The translations under genes were made by a program, and so were the position numbers. 20,000 bases of DNA from Priapulus caudatus (lineage: Eukaryota): assembly GCF_000485595.1 (NCBI RefSeq), contig NW_014577081.1:752044-772043 (forward strand), read 5' to 3'. Position 1 is the stretch's first letter; every line of letters starts with the position of its first letter. The notes under the pieces were generated by a model. That model was not told where the DNA came from. It searched no databases and worked only from the letters and a program-made list of their open reading frames with translations. Positions 10,920 to 20,000 of this stretch are shown piece after piece.

Positions 10920-11077
10920 GATGGATGGATGGATGGATGGATGGATAGACGGACGGACGAACGGACGGACGGACAGACGGACGGATGGATGGATGGGTGG
11001 ATGGGTGGTTTGTGGTTTTGTATGGGTTGGCTTTAGGTGGATGGATGGATGGATGGATGGATGGATGAATGGATAGA
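10918..11077. repeat. (GGAT)n/(GGAC)n microsatellite with unique core, copy 2 (direct duplicate of copy 1)
   Basis: 10941-11077 matches 9261-9397 at 135 of 137 bases. Confidence 0.95.
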
Positions 11078-12199
11078 ATGATCGATCGATCACGCCGAAC
11101 GACCTACCATATTTTACGACCTCACTAGGCAATATATACTACACGCGGGTTTTTCGACCGTGGAGACTTTCGCTTTCTCTAATCCGCTGTAAGCACTAAA
11201 AGCGGAGATCGTACACCATCCGCTGTGGTAATCACATCGCTTCGGGTATCACTCCGTCCTGTGACTTTTGCGTGACTCCATCGTCTTTGAAAGCCCACTC
11301 ACGTTAGTCTGCCTGTACGAGGTTTGCGTGCTAACGTCATCAGCAGCGTCATCCAGATCCCGCCGCTCCCAGTGCGGCAGGGTTTATGTCACTTGTAGCT
11401 GCGGCATAGGCGAGCACAACGCTCGATATTTACTAAAGTCGACAATATTCTGCGATTATTGCGCTTCTCTCTCATCCCGACGTCTCTTATCCCCGTGTCC
11501 CATAAGACCTTCGCTCGAGACCGAAGTTTTAACCAAATCTGCGACAGTGACGTATGCGAATAGTCGTGCCGGCGCGCTGACCCATTACAACTTCGTGTGC
11601 GACAGCCCGGCTTAACGTACCGAGTCGACGCAAGAAAAACGCAACTTTACGACGTCGAAAAATAATCTTAACTCTTTCGCAAACGATGCGAATTAATTAA
11701 AGATGGCGGTCGTGGTGCGCGATACACAATTTGCGAGTGCACACTTATCTGCACCGGGGAAACCTGAATGGGACGAGCTGAGCGTCGCCGCCTGTTGACA
11801 CCAGCAGCGTCATTGGAGCGAATTCAAAATAAATCTCGCGCTTAAATTTCTTGTTGCCACGTCACCCGACGAGCGCGCGGCTCGTGGGGACGAATGCGTC
11901 TTTTATTTTACGTGATCGCGCCGATTGCGACTGCGAATTTACCTCGTAGTACCGTCGAGTTGCGCTTGACTTGGCTTCAAATTGCTCCGTTAGACAGTCT
12001 CTAGAGAGAGGGGGGAGAGGGAGCGCGAAATTAGCATCCTTCGCTGCACGGGAGAGGGGGTGGGGGATTGCGTCGATAGGGGGAGCTATCGTCTGCGTAT
12101 TCTTTACGACCTGGAATCGTGGATGGTTGTTGTGCGCGGTGCGCGTTCGCATGGAGATTTGGTCGCGAGGCGGCGCAAGACGTCAACAGGGAAGAGGTG

Positions 12200-12297
12200 G
12201 GCACGCACGTACGCGCGTACGCACGCACGCACGTAAGCACGCAAACACGCACGCGCTCACATGCACGCAAGCACGCAGGCGGCACGCACGCGCGCAC
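12200..12297. repeat. Degenerate (GCAC)n microsatellite
   Basis: gcacgcacgtacgcgcgtacgcacgcac... Confidence 0.85.
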
Positions 12298-12469
12298 GAA
12301 CCCCTCGAACCCACACCGAATATGTGCGTCAATTTCGAACATAATAAGAAACTAGAACTAAACCATTCGTCTAATCGCGTGTGAGGCGCGTTCGAACGAT
12401 ACAGCGGTGAATACGGATTTGCAGTTCTTATACACTTCTAGCCGGATCATATATAGGCGGTGGTTACGT

Positions 12470-12522
12470 GTTTAGGTCATAGAACTAGAATGGAAGTTCT
12501 ATTCTAGTTCTATGGTTTAGGC
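12470..12522. mobile_element. Putative DNA-transposon excision footprint or micro-MITE (P-superfamily-like ends, 8-bp target-site duplication)
   Basis: GTTTAGGT [CATAGAACTAGAATGGAA G TTCTATTCTAGTTCTATG] GTTTAGGC. The 18-bp arms are complementary at 17 of 18 positions and the flanking direct repeat matches at 7 of 8. Confidence 0.65.
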
Positions 12523-13137
12523 GCGCGGTACAATTGATGTTTGTACTGCGCTCGCGGTAAAAGCAGCCGTGGACTTAGCTTGCAACGAGGGAATTCGTGA
12601 TAGAGGGAGCTACGGTAGAATTGCTCGTATGTGTCTGCGCGCACGGATTTATAATTCTGCGCCAAATTGATGCGACAGTCGAGAGCACTGAGCCTTGGCG
12701 TGGGCTCGCATATTATATATCACCAGTAAAGACCTAGCCGCCTGCGACACTTAGATACATAGCTTTTCTCGGATGATTCTAATCCTATCTGCGATGGTTT
12801 AGACGTGACAGCTAAGATCGGAGCGATGTGCAAGTCCGAATCGAAAGCGCCTCACAGATTCGTTATCTACAGAGCGTAGCATCTATTAGTGAAATTGAAC
12901 CCATCGCTGAAACAATCGAAGCCACGTCGTCCGATGTCAATATGTGTTTTTTGATTGAGAATTCTAAAAACATTTAAAAGATATTTTCTTTTTATTGCAA
13001 CATTTGTCCCCAAATTTTCCGAAAATATGCCGAATTTTTATCTTTATTCTGTTTAATTTGCGATGAAAATTGCGTTTTACTTCATCAATTTCTATGTACA
13101 TCACATGTAGCATGCTTTATTAATCAGAATGAATGAA

Positions 13138-13268
13138 GCACACACACACGCGCGCACGCATGCACGCACAAATACACATGATTAAATAAAAAAACATGTT
13201 TTGTGTAAGTGTGTGTGTGCGCGCGCGTGTGCGTGTGCGTGTGCGTGTGCCTGTGCGTGTGCGCGTGT

Positions 13269-13300
<32 letters not shown>

Positions 13301-13412
13301 CCGCGTGCGTGTGTGCGTGCGTGTGTGTGTGCATGAGCGTAAGCGTGTGCATGTGCGCGTGCGCGCGCGCGCGTGTGTGTGTGTGTGCGCGCGTGAGAGT
13401 ATGCTTATGAGC

Positions 13413-13457
<45 letters not shown>

Positions 13458-13522
13458 AGCGTATGCGTGTACGTGTGCGTGTGCGTGTGCGTGTGTGTGC
13501 GCATGTGCGTGCCTGTGTGTGT
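13138..13522. repeat. Short (CA)n followed by a long (GT)n/(GCGT)n compound microsatellite
   Basis: cacacacacgcgcgcacgc at 13139-13170; gt/gc mosaic at 13202-13522. Confidence 0.9.
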
Positions 13523-13858
13523 ATATATCCTGTAATATCGCCAGCTCCTTCATCGCTAACTGTCGCATTGCACCAAATCTGATGTGCATGCACGGCAGTC
13601 CGAGGTCTATAGACTGAACGGACTTTTTCTCCGCGGACACTTTGCGATAACGAAACACGTACTTACGGTGTAGCAGATTAATATTTTAAGCGGCGAAACA
13701 TCCAGTGATAAGTAGGAGATCGTTAATAATTATTGACATTGAGTTATGCACATATGCACCTATTCGTCGGTGTTTATTTACTACATCTGCGTAAATACCA
13801 CCAGACAACAATGTATGGAACAAATATACACATAATAACTCATTTAAAAGAAAGGAGA

Positions 13859-13894
13859 GGGAGAGAGGGGTAGGGGGCAAGGGGGAAGGGAGGG
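13859..13894 (+). other. G-quadruplex-forming motif
   Basis: Six G-tracts of 3 or more with loops of 1-5 nt: GGGAGAGAGGGGTAGGGGGCAAGGGGGAAGGGAGGG. Confidence 0.55.
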
Positions 13895-15505
13895 AGCAAG
13901 AAAGCGAGAGAGAGAGAGGGGGAGAACCACAAATGTCAGTGATCTCCGGACATGCCAGACAATATTCGAGAGTGACTGAGTCAGATTAAATAAAAGTTGT
14001 CAGATCGTTGGGAATGCCGGCAGGCAGCTCCTAGCGATAAAGCAAGCATTTACTCATCGTATCTAATAAAAACCTGAAATGGACCTGTTCTGCGAAAATG
14101 AACTGGAATGCTATCAGCTAAAACCGAAAATCAATGTGCTTAGAAAATACGCTCAGCTGGTATCATGCGAATTGGTTACACAGCAATACACATGCATAAT
14201 TCACTTATCGCAAAGTAGAACTCTTAATCGAATTTTCGCGAATCAATTCTGTGGTGGCGCGATGTGTCATGGTAAATCAAGGCTCCCGATAATCGCGTAG
14301 TACAATTGTTCCGAAAATCGACAGTGATTACTTGCAATAGCTCATTTATTAACGCTTATACCAAAATTCACATAGTCATAAATCCTTCCCGACTACGCTG
14401 CCTATTTCAATATCTAGCATTTTTACATTTACTAATTTATTCGGTCGAATTAGAAAAGCGAAATATGGAACCGATCCTTCTGAAAAGTCTATAGCAAATC
14501 GAGATTTAAAAATTTAAAATTTAAAAATTCGTCCTAATTATGACCGCCTAATTATTTAATATTCGTCACTACAAATTTATGTAATTCTTTTCAGGTACAC
14601 CAGCAGTGGAGCTCTGTCGGTCAAGACATGCAGAGTTGAGATGACGTCCCTCTCTGGTTGGCTGCTTGTCGATTCGTTTGTATAGGCGACAGGTGTCCGC
14701 ACATTAGGGTTTATTTTGTAGACGAAGAAATTACGTAAGGTTGTTGATCTTGTACAAATTTTGTATAGTACCTCGTACTACCCGTCGATGTGAGATTTTG
14801 GGTTTCTTCGTCAGTTTTCCCGCCGACAAAATGTGTTTCGTGAAAGTGCCAATCGTGGATGTTTCAGTGAGTTCCCTCGTATGCTTCAAGCTGTCGTCTA
14901 TACACCGGATCTCTTGAATGTATAGAGCGTGCGTCGTGGAGAGCATAACTAAAAATGGAATACATTATTCCGTCAAATAGAATTCTACCATTTATCTACT
15001 GTAAAGAGTACCGAGTGCCACAATCAATACATAATCAAGTACATTAAACCCCTATCGGGGCACGAATGCTTTGCCAACAGATATGTTGATAAATATTGGC
15101 GCCATCTGGTTATTATCAGAAGTAGGTAATAGGGAATTCCCTTTTATCTACTTCTGTTATTATCTTACTCTTGCTGTTAATATAGCGCCGTGTCGGTCGC
15201 TGGTCGGATTTATAGAAGTTTGCAATGACGCAGACGCTACACCTCTACTCTGCTGTACAACGTTTCCTCTCTTTATCGCTAGTTAATCATTTCAAACTCA
15301 TGGGAAGCGAACACTCGGTATATCCATAGTTGATGCGAGTTGCTTCGTCATTCAGCATGCACTGATTATGTTGTAACGAGTGTGTCCACTCCTGGAGTAT
15401 TATATATAGCCATGGTGGGCACAGATATACACGACAGCTATGATAGTGATTGTAATATAAGATGGAAGCTTAGTAATGATATATTCATTGTGTATACGAT
15501 AATAG

Positions 15506-15578
15506 CAGAAGTGTGTAATATAGACTATATAATATAGACTATATAGACTATATATAGAGTCTATATGACACACTCCTG
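15506..15578. mobile_element. 73-bp inverted-repeat mini-element or footprint with AT-rich filler
   Basis: CAGAAGTGTGTAATATAGACT (15506-15526) and AGTCTATATGACACACTCCTG (15558-15578) are complementary at 19 of 21 positions; the interior reiterates ATATAGACT. Confidence 0.5.
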
Positions 15579-15731
15579 ATGATATGTCAGTGGTCGCCGA
15601 TTTTAGGCGACCGTCAACCAATCTAGAATCTAATCATCAAAAAACCGCGATGGGAAAAGTATAAAATTATTTATGACCATCAGCGGTTAGTGCATCGTGT
15701 CATATGTTGCAATAGTATGAGCTTGCGCGTT

Positions 15732-15732
<1 letters not shown>

Positions 15733-15793
<61 letters not shown>

Positions 15794-15846
15794 CGTGTAC
15801 GTGTGCGTGTGCGTATACGTGTGTGTGTTTGTGCGCGTGCGTGCGC
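15733..15846. repeat. (GT)n microsatellite, pure for about 58 bp and then degenerate
   Basis: Uninterrupted gtgtgt from 15733 to 15790. Confidence 0.95.
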
Positions 15847-16384
15847 ATGTTAATTCCTGTGTATGCATGCACGTGTGATTGCGCATGTGTATTAAGTGGG
15901 CATCGAAGTGGCGGGGCGAATGAAATAGCTAAAGAGAATATTATAAATGATTTAAACTAGAATGTCCTCATAATAAATGGTAGTCAAAGCGCGATACGTA
16001 CACATCGTAATGTTGCGGTTATTTCTTCTATATGTGTGTATATAGTAAGTCATTATACGTTACCGTCCCAGCGAGCTCGTAGTGTTGCTGAGCAATGTAA
16101 ACATTTCATTGATAATTTATTGCTACATTTTGATGTCAACAGGTATTGAACGTACTAACGTTGATAATAATATTAATACCGTCAACAAAAATAGGCCTTA
16201 CAACAATACACAAAACATATACATCGAACATGAACATGAAATCATGTACTATTGCGCGCTTCTGGTTTAGTGTTTATGAGACTCTTTTGGAGGAAAGAAA
16301 AGACAAGGAGTGCGAGCGCGACGCAAAGAGAAAAAGCGAGCACGAGAAAGATATATATAAAGAACGCCTGACACGAACGTTTGT

Positions 16385-16595
16385 GTGTGTGAGTGTGAGA
16401 GACAGAGCAAGCCAGCGATAGAGAGTGAGAGAGAGAGAAAGTGAAAAGAGAGAGAGAGGGCGCGCGCAAGAAAGAGACCGTGAGAGAGAGAGAGAGAGAG
16501 AAAGGAAGAGAGAAAGGCGGAGGAGAGAGAAAAAGAAAGAAAGAAAGAAAAAGAGAGAGCGCGAGAAAGAGAGACAGAGGGAGAGAGAGAGAGAG
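16385..16595. repeat. Degenerate (GA)n/(GAAA)n tract
   Basis: Low-complexity polypurine sequence. Confidence 0.9.
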
Positions 16596-16945
16596 CAGTA
16601 GCAGAGCCGATCTTCATGCGTTGACTTTCAGCTCGCGTCTGTTATTTTGTCCGCCATCGCTGAAGGGCGCTGAGGTCGCGTCGACGCCGACCACTTGTGT
16701 AGTCAAACCAGCTCATGCTCGTCATCGTCTACGAACCACTGCAAACAGTCTGCGAAGTAGTGTTTGTGAACACGTCAAATTGTCTTCGCCGCCAGTATTA
16801 TTACGTCGTTTAAAATCGAAATGGGTTTTACCCTTCTTTCAGCGTTTCTATTTTCCTCGCTTACACAAGATTCGGCAGAATTACGATTTTTCTTAAACGC
16901 TGTCGCTTCGCGCTGCACAATGATCGTACGTTGTAACTGCCACGC

Positions 16946-17151
16946 GCGCATGCGCCACGGTGTCCATTTTCGCGAGTATTTCCGGCTTACCGACGCGGCT
17001 CATGATTTCGGGAATTGCGACCGCATTCTTCGTGGCTACATCTCGTCGTTTCCACGCTTATACATTCAGCGTCGTGCAGCGCTCTGCCACTCTCACGAAC
17101 TTTACACGAAACCTAGAACCGTCTCCGTCTACCTCTCTTGCCGCCATTTTG
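16946..17151. promoter_or_regulatory. Candidate housekeeping-type promoter motif cluster
   Basis: GCGCATGCGC (NRF1-type) at 16946-16955, ATTTCCGG (ETS-type) at 16978-16985 and GCCGCCATTTTG (YY1-type) at 17140-17151, all in CpG-rich unique sequence. Confidence 0.3.
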
Positions 17152-18139
17152 ACTCCAGCACGTATTTTGCTTTCTTTCGGCTTCCTGCGCCTGTCGGTAT
17201 AGCTTTCAATTCGGCGTGGAGGTCTTTCAGTTTCTGACCCGTCCAGTTACTAATCTTTCGCTCAGGAGGCAGCTTACTAAAAGCTTCAGCTTCTATTAAC
17301 AATTCAGTGTCTAAAAGTCTTACACGAACAAGATAAATATTTGCGTGTTAATGGATTTGAAGAAGATATATATCTCGTGGGAAAGCGCCTACGAATTCTA
17401 ATGGTCGACCATAGTCGTATCAACACAGCGTCGTATTTTGTATTGTCGCGTGCCCACACACGGCAGGAATATATTCCTCTGAATTATTTTAGTAACCTAG
17501 GTTTCAAATCGTCGTCGAATTTTAGTCAAATTCCCATTATAGTGACGAATTATCTTTCTGTGCACAACCGGTGATCATTGCTGTATCTGTTTTGGAGGAA
17601 ATTTAGGTTAAAGCTGAAAACTTGCTACTTCCATTTACGCGCTGAAATCTGTAAACAAAACCAAATGAGAGGGTCGCCGTGCTGTCATACTGAAGTTCCT
17701 AATTTTCTTTGGTCTTTAACCTGCGTATGCTTGCGTGCGCGTTTGCCTGAGCACGTTTTTCAGCGTCAGGGGAAGGATATGATGAGACATTTATCTTGCA
17801 CATGGTCTCGGCCAGCTTCCTTTCTTGATTTAATTAACTTTGTGCTCCTGCACAATGCGTGAGAACCCCATTGTTGAATTTAAATTTTGAACAAAGCCAT
17901 GACTGTGTTTTTTATTATATGTATTGTTTACGAATAATCCGGTGCTATTTAACGGTAACGTAGCCTTCTCGTTCCTTCTTTCCTTCCCTCCTCGTTTATA
18001 TTCTAACCGCGACGTTTTTTGACGCAAGATTAACTATAGATGAAGGTGACCGTTTACACTCGGTAGAATTTCGGCGGGCACCGCTCAATATGAATTTACC
18101 GACATCCAAATTGCATGTATGTTCTCTCGCTTGCCTACA

Positions 18140-18187
18140 TACAACAACAACAACAACTATAAAATAATGATAATAATAAAGATAAAG

Positions 18188-18226
<39 letters not shown>

Positions 18227-18231
18227 TGAGT

Positions 18232-18264
<33 letters not shown>

Positions 18265-18497
18265 GACAACAGCAACAGCAACGGCAGCAGCTAAAGCAGC
18301 GGCTGCGGAGGCAGCAGCAGCAGTAGTAGCACCACCAGCAGCAGCATCGACGGCAGCAGCAACAACAGCAGCAGTAGTAGTAGCAGCAGCAGGCATAGCA
18401 GCAGTAGTATCAGCAGCAGCAGCACCAGCAGCACCACTACGACCACAGCCACCGCCACCGCTGTCGCCGCTGCCACCATCACTAGGGAAGACACAGA

Positions 18498-18547
<50 letters not shown>

Positions 18548-18829
18548 CAACAGCCGCAGTAGCAGCAGTAGCAGCAGCAGCAGTAGCAGTAGTAATAGTA
18601 GTAGCAACAGCCGCAGTAGCAGCAGTAGTAGTAGCAGCAACAGCCGCAGTAGCAGCAGTAGCAGCAACAATAGCAGCAGTAGCAGTAGCAGCAACAATAG
18701 CAGCAGCAGTAGCAGCAACAATAGCAGCAGAAGCAGCAGTAGTAGTAGTAGCAACAGTCGCAGTAGCAGCAGTAGTAGTAGCAGCAACAGCAGCAGTAGC
18801 AGCAGCAGTAGTAGTAGCAGCAACAATAG

Positions 18830-18861
<32 letters not shown>

Positions 18862-19070
18862 GTAGCAGCAACAATAGCAGCAGAAGCAGCAGCAGCAGCA
18901 GCAGTAGCAGCAACAATAGCAGCAGAAGCAGCAGCAGTAGTAACAGCAACAATAGCAGCAGCAGCAGTAGCAGCAGCAGTAGTAGCAGCAACAATAGCAG
19001 TAACAATAGCAACAGAAGCAGCAGCAGTAGTAGCAGCAACAATAGCAGCAGAAGAAGCAGCAGCAGCAGC
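18140..19070. repeat. Compound trinucleotide array: (CAA)n, then (AAT)n, then (CAG/TAG/CAA)n
   Basis: Three-base periodicity throughout, with a recurring block GCAGCAACAATAGCAGCAGAA; it generates the spurious 218-aa poly-Leu ORF. Confidence 0.95.
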
Positions 19071-20000
19071 ACGTTACCTCCGCGTTGACAAAAGCGAGCA
19101 GTATGGATTTTTTGCAACAGCAGAGGATCGGCGCTCACTTACAGGCAAACAGCTTCAGCTACCTGTGCGTGCAGACACGGGCAAGGGGATGTGTCGCAGG
19201 CGAATCGTGTTCGCTGTGAGTTGTTGTCGCTGCTGCTATACTGCTCTGACTCGCGGGGAATGGCGTTGCCGCACGTAGGCCCTGACGTAGCGTCGAAATG
19301 ACCACGCATGCTTGATATCTGATTGCTGCAGCCGACTCAGCTGTACATGAGAGCAACACTGCAAGAAGACACGTGCGCGCTATACACGGCGCACAAATGA
19401 TCTTGAAATCATCAAGGAGATTTTCCGTTACGCGGATCTCGCGTCGATTATTTACATAGTTGCATATTAACTAACGGCATAACGAATTTCGCTGTCTATC
19501 GCACTGTCGCCACTTGTACTAGGGATGGAGGTTTGAGCAACTTTCAGACAGGTGATTATGTGCGACAGGTATAAAAGACAGTACACGTGTACTGAGGTAC
19601 AGCTCTAGCTAATGAATCGCTTCTAAATATGCTAATCATACGATGGTCCACAGTTAGCGTGCGTGAGATGTTGATAGCGACAGTACTCGCCCGTCGGTTG
19701 TATATACAGAAATAACATTTCTACTTAATCCTGTAGATCGGCAATGTTACTTAATTGGTAAAAATCAGGAGTGTGTCTGTCACGGTTAGCCGGTTCCCGT
19801 CGACCGGCATCGAAGCCACACAGCTAGGCTGTGCACCTGCATGGCCAGCTGGCGGCACGCGCGCGAGGCGGGCAGTACCGTGCGAGAGGGCAAGCGGGAA
19901 GGATAGTAGAGCCGCGTAGCAAAGCGTGAGCGAAGCAGGCAGTACAGTAGAGCCACGCAGCAGAGTCGTGCGTGAGAAAGGACGTGTATCGTCCCAGCCG

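Noticed and set aside
9305..11132. His/Pro/Ser/Ile-rich and MDGW-repeat ORFs
   Set aside because: Translations of the (ATCC)n/(GGAT)n tetranucleotide repeat in a probably artefactual segment
18482..19138. 218-aa poly-Leu ORF
   Set aside because: Reverse-frame reading of the CAG/TAG/CAA array; not a credible protein
19860..20000. Weak direct repeats (GTAGAGCCrCGyAGC twice, GGCAGTAC twice) and a CGAAGCAGGC 10-mer shared with the window start
   Set aside because: Matches are short and truncated by the window edge; they cannot support an LTR or satellite call

Overview
This 20-kb window is eukaryotic genomic DNA, most likely from an invertebrate animal draft assembly. It shows no CpG depletion, has two N-gaps, and is dense in microsatellites and minisatellites: (CA/CG)n, (GT)n, (CT)n/(GA)n, (GGAT)n/(ATCC)n and about 930 bp of compound trinucleotide repeat. 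I can identify no intact gene, RNA gene, CRISPR array or prokaryotic system, and almost all long ORFs in the track are translations of simple repeats. The most interesting signals are small. (1) A 37-bp CATAG...CTATG hairpin with an 8-bp direct repeat on each side (12470-12522) looks like a P-superfamily transposon excision footprint. (2) A 73-bp inverted-repeat mini-element with templated AT-rich filler (15506-15578) has an end motif that recurs twice elsewhere in the window. (3) A decayed THAP-zinc-finger-like reading lies on the minus strand (714-936). (4) Candidate minus-strand gene starts or exons overlap YY1-type motifs (about 3991 and 17147). (5) A 137-bp duplication around a 25-N gap with an inverted, noisy (ATCC)n block is probably a gap-filling artefact. 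All family assignments are pattern-based inference and need database checks.
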